DNA of 62,880 nucleotides, filler included, from Dugesia japonica (Eukaryota): NCBI GenBank assembly GCA_001938525.1. It is 6 parts of 6 records of this genome, joined end to end, with 100 filler letters (N's around TTAATTAATTAA, not from the genome) between each part and the next. Parts side by side here need not be neighbours in the genome. Positions count along the whole stretch, not along the records: positions 22,510 to 37,061 come from MQRL01589998.1; positions 37,162 to 45,599 come from MQRL01617722.1; 4 more parts are not named here. One strand, 5' to 3'. Shown piece by piece: positions 28,540 to 40,389 of this stretch (position 1 is its first letter; each line of letters starts with the position of its first letter). The notes under the pieces were generated by a model. It saw only the letters and a program-made list of their open reading frames with translations, ran no database searches and was not told where the DNA came from. The position numbers and the translations under genes were made by a program.

Positions 28540-30520
28540 TTTGGAGTGACCACTGCAATCGAATTTTCTCAACGGAATGTTGAGATTCCTGAACACGAAC
28601 TAGAGCCTTCAGTGGATAAAGGCTCAGTATGTACCGATTTTCTGCCAGGGATAGAGAACCGAATTGGCTAACTTTTCAAGGTCCCTGTCAGATTTTTTAA
28701 ACATTGCCGTGGAAATTATCGCAACCAATATCAACCCTTAGGTACCTATAGGAATCTTGATGAAAAAGTTTAGGAACTGGTTCTCCTTTGATTGCAATTT
28801 GAACAAGTTCAGTGTTGACAGTGCAAAGTAAATACGCGCACTTGCTCGGTCGGAAAGTAAGAGAGGATCAGTCAGCGAATTTCATGATACATCAACCATA
28901 TCTTGTAGACTTGCTTTTGATGAAGGTCGTCTGCATAAACCAAGCAAGTAATGGGGTGCCCTACACAAGAAACACCGGCCCTAAGGATCTTGATAATCTG
29001 GCTTGTGATCGGATTGATCCCTATGTTTAACAATAAAATAGATAAGGGTCAACCCTGGCGGCAGCCTGTTTTGTTTGCAATAGAGCTAGTGGAAGTTTCA
29101 TTGCAAGTGTAGTAACTGGAGCAGTCCGAATACAATGCTCTTTAGAGATTAAAAGATTTTTCATGGACACCCATTCTTGTGAGCAGGCCAATAATGTTTT
29201 CTTAAGTAATGCTGCCGAAAGCATCCGCAATGTCAAGGATGCCAATATGCAAGTTGAATTTAGTATACCAAACTTTGCTCATACAGCAGACACTGCAGCA
29301 GAAAATTATGTTTGAAACAACGCTTTTACTCACCAGCACTTTTCTGGAGGTTGTGTAGGAGTTTGGATCTCATCACCTAACTCTACAATTGAAATGTCAC
29401 ACAAGCCATGAAAAGTATATACAGGCAATTCAGCAAAGTTATTGGTCGCCATGATGAAACTTTGTGGTAAGACCCATCTTTGCCTAAGTTCTGGATCATC
29501 AGTGTCGAGTAAGTTTTCCAACTGTCCGAAGTAACACCAGAAGATAGAATCTTCTTACAAATTTGGTGCATAAAACCACACTTTAGGTCTGAATATTTCA
29601 GATCTTGTAATTGACGTTGTTTAGACCAGGAGCTGACACAGACAGGCCATAAAGTGTGCGTTTTATTGCAGCTGCATCCGGACAGTGGAATTCAATACCA
29701 TTCTCATCTGATTTAATAGGGGGAGCAAAATTACCAGTTAGTGAGAGGGCCGGCATCAGCTTTTGATTGGAAATACGCCTCGAGATTGACCTGAGATGGA
29801 ATGCAGTCAGCTGTCACTTCGTCAGTGATCAGCTCAAAGACTGCTTTATGTGGGGTATAGAAACGATATCGCAAGTTTATATCCAGTTCAACGCGGTTCC
29901 CAGTTTTGCCCTCGCCGATTTTGAAATTCAAGTTTGTACAAGAGAAGTCTGATAACTGTCTCATTGTTGACTAGACCACCGTGATCAACCTTAGGGTCTA
30001 ACAGGTAGGAAACCTTGTCAACACTATCAGACAAATAGAGTCCATCTAGTCGCAAACGCAAGGAAGGGGCAGAAAATAGACTTAAGAGATTTGAAATCAT
30101 GGAAGGTAACCACATCAGTGATGTAATCATTATCTTCCTAGGTGCAAGCCCTACAAAGCACTGTATTAGTGGCGAAACAATTGCTGTTCGGTACGAAACT
30201 ATTAGGAAAATCTTTTAGTTTGTCAGCTGGGATTTTAAGGCTTGAAAGATGGGAGTCAGCCCAATTAAAATCAGTGAGGTTACAACTACCAACTTCAATA
30301 GTATCCTTGACACTGGCGTTGACATTAAGGAGAAAGTTTTTAACCTTTTTAATGTTGAGATCTCAGAGGGGCTCTCCGAGGTAAAGCTTCAATGTGTACC
30401 AACAGACAAACGGGCCGCAGTCATGGCCATTCTGCTGTGGGTTTCTTTAAAATTCTGCCTTGTCAGAGAACCCAAGGTAGAAACAGTAGGTAGTAACTGA
30501 CGCACGGTATCACAAAACCT
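28540..30520 (-). mobile_element. Degenerate NeSL-like non-LTR retrotransposon (RT preceded by a putative Ulp1/C48-like protease)
   Basis: SAPGLNN, SSWRPITLLNCLYILF and YRYL(R/G)V RT motifs; upstream DYITDVV, RWTLFV...SYLLDP and FQ...QN(W/C) remnants. Confidence 0.75.
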
Positions 30521-30559
30521 CCAAGACATCAAATTTTTAGTGGTTTATGAATCTTACGT

Positions 30560-31610
30560 GTATTTAATAAGACGATAAAAATAGATAAAATGTGTCATAT
30601 TATGGCTATAATTTGAAGTTTCTAACAAATCATCCTAATTCATCAGTTTTAACAATCTTTTAAATTTAATACCTTTCACTTTCAGTAAATTGCTGTCAGT
30701 ATTCCCTGCAATTATATTTATGGTACATTTTTCGTCTTTCCGATATTTTCCAAGCTCAATGTATTAGATCTGAAATGTGCTTCGAAGCGTATGTAATGAG
30801 CTTCTTAGCTGAATTACATAATCTGAGATTCAATCGTTTCTATTTATTTTCTACTGTTTTTCCGTAGTCTGTTGTTTCGAAACTTTTAATAACTGTTGTA
30901 GAGATCTGATGTACTTTTTGATTTTAGCTCAGTATATTCGTCTATATACTTCTTGAAAATATCTTGTTTGAACTTCACGGCTCTATGTATTTTAACAATC
31001 TTAACACCTAGTTGAATGTACAGTTGTAGTAATCGCCAATGTACTGCGAAGTTCAGTTTGGTATAGTATATTTATAACAGTGTCTTTACCTTACTCTCTG
31101 GTGGGCTCTAATGTTTAGTTCTAACAGGCAAATCACTTAAACAATCATGCAACTTATCTAGTATTTCAATATTAACTTCTACTGTCTACCCATACTTTAA
31201 TGATTCTAGATCCGATATCATCCATTCATCCAATATTTGCTCTATTCCTATATGTATCCCTTAAAAATCTATATGGGGTCATTTCTTGCTTAGTATCCAT
31301 TAATTCATATCGATGTACGAAAGCTCAGTGCCTTCATTCAATAGCACATAGTGTTTTTTGACGAATGTAAGTTCACTTCTGATTCTTCTCTAGAAATATG
31401 TGAACACATTATTGTCTGTAAGTATTCCAATAGGATCATTTAAGACCATCAAAGCTGATGCCCAAGAATGATAATGGTTCCAGCCTATTACGTGCTAGCG
31501 ACTTGGTTCGAAATTGTGGAAAAACGTCAGCTAGCAAAAATGCATCTAATTTTAGATAAACCATCACGTTGTCTAATAAATTATTGCATCTAATAATATT
31601 CCACATTTAT
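30560..31610 (-). mobile_element. Polinton protein-primed DNA polymerase B (palm/fingers), degenerate
   Basis: VYLKLDAFLLADVF, YID.N, VHWRLLQLYIQLGVKIVKIHRAVKFKQ..FKKYID, NN..YGKT, GNTDS (from DTDS). Confidence 0.88.
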
Positions 31611-32395
31611 ATGATATTTTTGTATGGATACTGCAAAGGTAATTCTGCCGCAGCTAGAAAGAAGTATGGCGAAAGATTTCCTTACCGCAGTTTACCTGAT
31701 TATAGAACATTTCGACGTCTCTTAGCGTCACTTTAAGAAACATGTCACTTAAAAGAAAAAAAAGAAAAGATGTTTCCCTAAGGCATGCAGAAAAGAGTTA
31801 TTTTAAGAAGAAACAGATCTGGTGTCATATTGAAAAAGTAAATAAAGATGTCAAAACAAGCGTACGAAGAATCTCAGACGAAACTGGACTTAAGCAAACA
31901 ACAGTTTGGCAGACGTTTCGTGAGGAAATTTTTTATCCATATCCTTTTAAATACGTTCAAGAGCGTATACCAAGGTGATTTTGAAAAAGCAGTATGATTT
32001 AGCAAATGGTTAAATCAGCACTCGCAATTGATTCTAACTATTCTATTCTGAGATTAGGCTAGGAGCTTTCATTTTTACTTGAAAATGTTCCACTTATTAT
32101 AAGAAAAAAATGTGGTTCATGCAATATGGATGTTCATCCCACCGAACTAAGGTGGTGACAAATTTTTTTATGTGCATTTTCAAAGACGTTGAATTGGGAT
32201 AAATGGACCTTTGAAGTGGCTACAAAGATCGCCAGATCTTAACCCATTAGACTCTTCATATGTGGCCACATAAAGTCTAAAGTTTATGAAATTGAAAAAT
32301 CAGAAAATAAAGAAGAATTGTTCGAAAGGAATTTTGCAGCGTTTGAAATATTCAAATCAAATATTGTAAACAACAATTGGCAGAAGGAACTGTTG
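31605..32395 (+). mobile_element. Tc1/mariner transposase remnant (DUF4817-type N-terminus) inserted among Polinton sequence
   Basis: YGYCKGNSAAARKKYGERFP, TSVRRIS.ETG...TTVW, WFMQ.G, GP.KW..RSPDLNPLD...GHIKSKVY. Confidence 0.85.
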
Positions 32396-32399
32396 AATC

Positions 32400-34310
32400 T
32401 CCAGTGCACTACGTAATTGTAACTGGAGCGCTTCTATGTTCTGCTGCAACCGGAAAATCATTCAAATAATCATAAATTTCTTCTGGAATAACCCTATCCA
32501 CCTCCAGAGTGTACCCATATCATTTTTTCCATATCATTAAGTCTGCATTTTTACACTCTTCTAACACCCTATCTAATTCATCATAGACCCATTCAAAGTT
32601 AGCAAAGGGCAACTTTTGACTTAGTGCTCAACCATATCGATTATTAATATCTATATACAAAAGGTCAGCATTTTCACTGGTGGCAACATGATGCTTGTTA
32701 ACGAATTTTAACCCCATCTTATACCTCCTTCGAAAAAGGTATACATATCGTTATCTTGGAGTAGCTCAATTGGTTTTTATAATGACATCAACGCTAATGC
32801 CTATGGAATTTCAGGTATTTCAAAGAAATTCAACGGCTCCAAGTTGTTGTGTGCTAAAGACTTTGCACGGAATTTCTGGAAAAAATCTGCTAATAAATAC
32901 ACATCCAGCTTTAAATATAACATCACATAATCCAACAAATTTGTACATGAAAATATTTCCCACATTGATAATGCTTTCTCATACTCTTCTCTACTAAAAT
33001 CCTCCAATTTTAGTGGCATTTGCTTTGTTTCTTCAAGAACCTGTAAACTTGTTGCAAAACTGTACGGAAATATCCCTTTTCACTTGGTAATAATCTGATT
33101 CTTAAACTTCTCAATAGTCAAAGGTGTCGCTTTTAAGGATTTAACAGCAGAGTCCAATGAGAAATTTATTAACTGATAGCTGTCGATGAATTAAATTTTT
33201 GTTTGATTTTGCCGCACAATTAATTTTTCTGATATTGTTGGGATGCAAGATATTGACCAATTCTTAAACTTATTAATACCATGATGAAGATCATATCCTC
33301 GCAAATTATGAGAGATCACTGGTAGTTGAATATGCAATTTTCTACTTAAGTTGCAATTGTTTCATGCTGCTCCTCTATATTTCCTGTGAAATGGTCATGG
33401 CCACTAACAGGATCTCTTATTTCCTTCTTGCATAAGTAACATATTTTTGCAGCTTTGAATTCTTTATCTTGATCCTTTGTTATTATAATTTCTTTCGTTT
33501 CATAATAAGGAAGCACAATGTTTTCGCTTATTTCCTATACAGCCATTAAGAAATTATACACACAATCATCTCCAATAAACTGTCTGTGTGTTGATTCGTT
33601 GGTAAATTATTTTCCAGCAGCAGACCAGCTGAAACGGGTAAATGTTTCTGTAAATGCTTCTGGTCTGGAAGCACTTATACTACTTACAAAAATCAACCAA
33701 TTAAATTAAACCCCTTTAAATATAAAATCAAAGCACATTCGGCATACAAAGTCTTCTCCATCACATTACCTTTCCAAAAACATATTTACCATTCAAATAC
33801 AATAACCCCGTATAAACCTTCAACCTCCCAAAAAACACGCTACGATAACTCATACGACTATTCCTTGGAGCCACTACCTTTCTAGCGAAAATCATCCATC
33901 ACACACCATAAGTCCTTTAACAATGTATAGACTGAATTTTTGTCAAACAACAAACAAAACTTAAAAACTACAAAAAAATTATTTCCAGGATCTCGAGCTT
34001 CTCCTTGAGTCCAAAACCATTCTTTTACACACATAAACTCAACTTGAACTACTATTAAAAAAAAGCCCTTAACAACCCAAACACAAATTTTAAAATCAAA
34101 AAATACACACACACAACCAAAAGATTAAAAAAATGATATAATCAAAAAAAGTTTGATCTGATCAAAAAAGTTTTAATCCGAAAAATGTTACAAAAAAATC
34201 ATTAAACAAAAAATCATAGCACAATCGTAATGTGTTTCCGAGCCCCCCTCCACCCGGGGGCCATCCAAATTGTGCTAAAAAATGTTCCGTAGCACCACTA
34301 TCTATCTACT
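32400..34310 (-). mobile_element. Polinton/Maverick end with degenerate pPolB (endonuclease VII-like, exonuclease, motif A)
   Basis: Terminus AGTAGATAGATAGTGG from 34310; HDHFTG..RGAA...CNL, HNLRGYD.H, KGIFPY, YVMLYLKLDVYLLADFFQKFR, YIDINN.YG.ALSQKLP. Confidence 0.9.
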
Positions 34311-34769
34311 TATATATATATATATATATAAGTAGATAACTCTGTTGATATTCTCCACGTTTCTTTCAAGCCTTTTTCTCTTTTCAGCTTCTAGGATTTA
34401 AAGTCTGTCGTGAAATTTCCTCTTGATCTTATAGATGAGTGTAGTTATTTTCATACATAATGCGAAGATTTATCCAGGAATGAAGTTTAAATGACGTACT
34501 TTATTACAAATTTACGATGAAAAAAAAACATTTGTGACATTAAATACTTTTATTGAATTTAATTGGAACGCAGTTTAGAATTAAATTGAAATATTGTGCT
34601 GTATTCCTTGTTTGGAATATTATAAAATAAATTATATTTTAAGATGTTACAAGTCATCATTAATTGGGAAACCATTTCGAATGTAATAATAAAATGAAAG
34701 GAAGTCTCTTTATTATTTCAATGTTGCATTGCTAATAAACTACGAAAATTATAAAATAATTATTCTTAC

Positions 34770-35607
34770 ATTGAAATTAGGTAAATCACATTTGTTATAA
34801 ACGAAAAAACACGTTTGCCTTTCATTGTTACCTCTTAATTTTTTTATTAACTTCATTTGCTGAAATAAATTAATATTAATTAATTTATTATATTAATTAA
34901 TAATTTTACATCCTCAGTGATTGGTTCAATAATTTGAAACATAAATATGAACATATCTGCATTTGAACAATGATTTTCGACTGCTTCATCATATTCTTCA
35001 CTATGACCAAATCCAGGACAATCCACAATAACTGTTTTCCTTTCTAATATTTTATTTCCATCATATTTTACGTAAATCTTTATAGCAGATTTCTCATCAA
35101 AATAATCTGGCAGATTAATATTCAAGTTTGTTGTATTTTTAAAAGTTTCAATTTCTTTATACTACAACTTATTATTAAAACAAAACAATTCGAGCAATAC
35201 AACAACTTCAATTTGACAATTATTCACAGTGAAATATTCATAATTCTTATTAGATAAAGAACAATAAAAAAATGTAACTGTTCCATTTCCACTTATTGAT
35301 CCAAAATAATCTTTACCAAGTAAAGCATTGATTAATGTGCTCTTGCCAGTTGAAACACTACAATTTTTATATTTGACTGTAAATTCAAAAATATTTCAAG
35401 AAACTCGCTTTCCAATGATTACGATTTTTGCTAGAAAATTATCGAAGAAATGTTTCTTATTTTCAAATGTCATTTTCAAATTATTTACATCATCATAAAG
35501 GCTTGAATTTTTAAATTCTACAAAACTAATAAAATTTTTCTATGAAATAAATTACCATTTGGAAATTTTTTATACACTTCCAATATTTTATCAAATGCTT
35601 TTGACAT
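34770..35607 (-). CDS. Dynamin-superfamily (mitofusin/DLP-like) GTPase, N-terminal G-domain exons; downstream part disrupted
   Basis: ATG 35607; spliced KIVIIG-NVSTGKSTLINALLG (G1), VIVDCPGF (G3), ADMFIF, FFVYNKCD (G4); short introns. Confidence 0.75.
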
Positions 35608-36023
35608 AATCTATTCAAAATTAAATTAAATTCCTTTTAAACGTAACAAAAGAAATAATAACATTGTTGATCAATCAAGTGTTATATAATAAAGGTAATA
35701 TAAAATAAAACAAGTTACCGGAATATTTTTCTGAAATCCAATGTATTTACTTTAAAAATGGCTGAAAATTACACGTGTCATGACAATGCTTGATTTTCTT
35801 AGTTTCACTCACTTGCACACAGCAAAATGATTCATTTTATTTATATTAAGGGGAATTAATCAATCGCTTTTAGTCATTCTATTTATTTAACACTTCATTT
35901 AAATTATTACATTACTAAAATTATAGATTTTGACTTTACAAATAATGATTGGTTTGAGAAGCAAAAATTAACTGTAATAAATTTTAAAAAATAAATTAAT
36001 TTTTACTAATAATAGTTTTTACA

Positions 36024-36660
36024 TCAGTGGTTCCCACAGTTTTCAGATCAGGTAACTGCAAAAGTAATAATTCCGAAAGAACATTTAAATATGGGTTAAG
36101 GTTTGATTTTATTTTATTAAGTAATTGGTATTTAGATTTTTTTTCACGGAACAATTTTTGAATTTCAATTTAACATAATTTTAGATATGAGTGTCATTCC
36201 TACTCTCACCGACATAGAAAAAGTTTTTGGTTTTGAATTTACCGGAAAATTTATGAACACAATTTCATGGGTCGAAAATTTGAGCAAAATATGAAAACAC
36301 TTTACACATACTGGATTATAATTTGTAAGTTGTAACCCTGGAAACAATACTGATTCATACCAATATTTATTTGTTCATGCTGCATCATATAAATTAATTG
36401 CATATCCCAAATTGGCCACGATTGTTTCTGAAAAGCAGCTGTTTTATGTTTTACATTTTCAAAAAACAATTTTTTACAACTGTTTTATCTGTTTTTTTTA
36501 TTAAAATGATACAACATGACACATCTCAAGTAATACACAGATTTACAAATAATTTATTTTTAAGTTATTTTCATTTGCTAACTCAAAATTTAATTGATTT
36601 TTTTAATATTAAAATTCAAGTATTCTATTTTATTGTAAAAAAATTTAAGGAATGCTAAGG
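36024..36660 (-). mobile_element. hAT (Buster/Charlie-like) 3' remnant
   Basis: Terminus GGGAACCACTG ending near 36024; degenerate dimerisation-domain text ILLKFST...SVRVGM. Confidence 0.6.
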
Positions 36661-37061
36661 AATTAATATATTCACCCATTAAGCTAAATACTATGATTCC
36701 ATTGATGACATATAATATAATTTTGCATTACAAATATCTAACGGATTTGATAATAGTAAAGATTAAACAACTATATCATCAACTTTCATTAAATTAGACA
36801 TCGTTTATGAAGATGGTTAAATTTTTAATAAATCAATTGTAAATATTAAATGACTAAAATTTTAGTTATTATCAAGATCTAATTTTGAACTCATTTTTCA
36901 AGTTTCACTATTTTTTTATAAATAACATTTTAATTAAATTCATTTATTTTATTTAATTTCTCATTTAATTCTTTAAAAAAATAAATAATGCTCTTTTTCT
37001 GCAGAAGGTATATTATTTGATGTTAATAATTTTGATGTAGTATATATAAAAGTTAATTCTG

Positions 37062-37161
37062 NNNNNNNNNNNNNNNNNNNNNNNNNNNNNNNNNNNNNNN
37101 NNNNNTTAATTAATTAANNNNNNNNNNNNNNNNNNNNNNNNNNNNNNNNNNNNNNNNNNNN
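37062..37161. other. Artificial contig spacer
   Basis: N44-TTAATTAATTAA-N44. Confidence 0.97.
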
Positions 37162-37734
37162 AGTGAACAAATAATCAGTCATTTTCAAATCAAACCAGAC
37201 AATCTAAAACAAACCAATTTTGCGTGGACCTTATAATAATCCTGTTCAAAGATAACAATATTCTGTGCTTAACAATATTATTGAACTATGTGATTCGATT
37301 TTGAACTTTACTGAATTGTGTGATTATAATTACGTAATGTGCGTATTTATTTTAATTACTTGATTTTACAATTAAGTATGTGTAAATTAAATCTATTATT
37401 ATTATTTTTATTAATTTTATAAAAAATTGAAATTAGGGTGTTTCCATGTAATTAGGTAAATCAAAACACTAAAACAAATTATAATATTATAAATTTTATT
37501 CAATTAAAATCTTTGTAAATTATTAAAAATCCTTATAAGCTAATAAATAAATTTTCTACTCAAAAATTTTAAATCTTAAAATCTAAAGTTAAATTCCTTA
37601 TTTTGAATAAACAAAATCATAATTTGAAAAATCTTTTGCAATTGAATTAACATTAAGAAGAAGAAAAATTTATAATATTTCTGAATCTAATCCACCTAAA
37701 AAGAAAAAATTAAATGAGAGAAATGAAAGTTTAA

Positions 37735-38775
37735 ATGGAAAATTTTGATGAATTTTTCGAGGAAATGCTTATTTGCGCAACGGCAAGCAGCTGGACAGAA
37801 GCCAAATTAACTAAAGGACTTTCATTGTACCTAAAAGGATTTATTCTGCAGAGCTATAAAAATATAAAGGCAACAGCAGCGACTTGGGAAGATACAGTCA
37901 CTGAATTAAGAAAATTGATAGTTATTACAAGTGAATTAGAAAAAATTTATATTCAAAAATGTTAAAACCGATTCCAAGGTAATAAAGGGAATATTGGTGA
38001 ATACATGTACGAATTGAGCAATTTAGTCTTAAAGGCATTCGGGCAAGATGAAAATGTGAGACACATGATAGAGGATCAATTTTTAAACGGAACTCATAAC
38101 TATTTAAGAACTGCATTGATATCAGTAGAGTACAAAGATATTGAAGAACTGACAACGAGAGCTAAAAAGATAGAAGCAAATTAAAACTGTAGAAATCGAG
38201 ATAAAGCTGTTTATGCTGTAGAAATAAAGGATAATAATGCAGAATCTAAAGAAAAGGGCCCATGGAATGATCTTAAAAAACCATAGCAAGATTGACAAGA
38301 TAATAGAAAAGATACGAATTCCCAAGGAAATTCTGGTTACAATAATTCCTATAATAGATATAAAAATAAGTATAAAAATTACAAACAAAAGTATAATCGA
38401 AATTTTAGTCCTAATTGAGGTTTTAATAGAAATAACAAACCCGGAAGGAGCTTTAACAATAGCCCGGGAAGAAACTTTAATAAAGATAATAGTCCTGGTA
38501 AATATTTCAATAAAGATAATAGAAATTACAATTGGGAACGAGGATATAATAGAGGAAATAATTACAGAAATGGGCGAAGCCCCGAAAGAGAATATAATCG
38601 AAATAATAGATATGAAAACGATAATAGTAGCCACAAACGGGATTTGAGACCGTATTTCTCAAATGAAGGAAGACATAAATTGAATTCTAGAAAAAAAATT
38701 AAATGTTTCAATTGTAATAAATATGGACATATGGCTAGATCATGCCGAAGTCGAAATACGGATAATCGTGGTAGA
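37735..38775 (+). pseudogene. gag: Gag (capsid, N/R/Y-rich spacer, CCHC nucleocapsid)
   Basis: WTEAKL...LYLKG...TWED...L; EYMYELSNLVLKAF...DQFLNG; KCFNCNKYGHMARSC at 38701-38745. Confidence 0.88.
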
Positions 38776-39239
38776 TAAACAAAAAATGTTAGTTTCAGTC
38801 CAGACACAAAAGAAGTAAATGCAATAGAAATGGCAAACCATGATGAATATAAAAATATGCGATTAGTGTTACAAGAAATGAAAGTGCAATATCAAAGATT
38901 AGTAGAGAGACAACAAGAAACAAGAGATTTAGAAATGGATACATATGAAGTAACTGGAGTACATCTCGATGAAGAAGTAGTACAAAAAGATAAACAAGAT
39001 CCATTAATAAAAAATTTGAAAAGCGAATTAGTTTAAGAAAATATTAATAAATTGAGATTGTTACAATATTTGAAAGATGTTAACGAATACCCAATTAACT
39101 ATAATAAATTAAAAAGAATAATAACACTATTAGCCAAAAAAAAATCTAAAATTGAATTGAGAGAGAATCTAGAAACTGTCAATGAGTTGATTTTAAAATA
39201 CAGCGAACACGTAAAGAATAATGAAAGTTGGCAAGAACC

Positions 39240-39486
39240 AATTTCTATTAAAATAGAAGTTGGACCAGATGATTGTCCTATCACAGGATTAGACTTTGTA
39301 ATACACGCTTGTACTAATGTAAACAAACTATATAAAGCAGTCCAAGAAAATTGGCCAGTACTTTTAAAAAACGACAACAAAATAAAATTATATTTTTGCG
39401 GACAAGAACTGACTGAAAGCAAAAGAATTATGGAATACAACGTAATCCCAGGAAATGAGAATTTCATTAATCAAGCATTACGATGA
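39240..39486 (+). pseudogene. Ubiquitin-like (beta-grasp) domain within the retroelement ORF
   Basis: ISIKIEV...TNVNKLYKAVQENWP...KIKLYFCGQELTESKRIMEYNV; same frame as the gag CCHC. Confidence 0.7.
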
Positions 39487-40389
39487 AATTACGAACAAAT
39501 GCTAAGTCCCGATCAAAGAAGAGACATGAACGATATACTTAATTTTATGGATAAAACAGACAAAGAAATTGATAAGAAACAAACAAAAATTAGTCAGCTT
39601 GACATCTCACAAGAAGCACCAAAGTAGAAAACTAAATCTACAAAATATAATCAGTCAACCGCAGTACAAAAAACTCCCAATGAAACAAAGAAACTACCAA
39701 AAAAATGAGCAACCTTCTAAATTAAAAAGAGGACTTAATAAAACAGAGAAAACACACGAAATACCTTAAAAAATATTCAATGAAAGAGATATACAAAATT
39801 GAAATAACGATATAGAACAACAAGATGATGATCAAAAGAACGCACCACAGCAGAATATTGAACAGCAGCAAGATAACGATCAAAAGGATGGCGATCAACT
39901 AAACACACAACAAACAAGAGGAAGACCAAAGTCAGACAATCTACCATCAGATAGAAACCAAGTAAATAAACTTAATCAGATCACTCAAAAGTGTAAAAAT
40001 ACAGGCAAACCTATTTTGATGATAGATCTCATAAAATTAATAAACTCAAGAAATAAGCGAGGCAGTTCAAGAAGCCGATGACTCTAAAGTTATAAAAATA
40101 ATTATGAGTGATGGAATTGATAAAAACAAAATTATCACAGCAATTCTGTATTTAGCGTTACGATGTAAAAGTGTATTAGTTAAAGACCCATACAAACACC
40201 TACCAGTAGTAGAAAGATTAATAAATTCTATGCTCATTAAACAAGTTAATATATGGATAGTAGAACAAGGTAATTGGAAAGAATTGCACCAACGGAGGCA
40301 AAAGAACAAAAAATAGTGAATATGCCTGAAAATAGTATTGAACAAACAAATGAGATAAAAAGATTAGTAAATAAAAATCTCAATAAAAC

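Noticed and set aside
38122-38647. Ile-rich, membrane-protein-looking ORFs (38122-38634 minus, 38237-38647 plus)
   Set aside because: Shadow frames of the AAT/AGA-rich Asn/Arg spacer of gag
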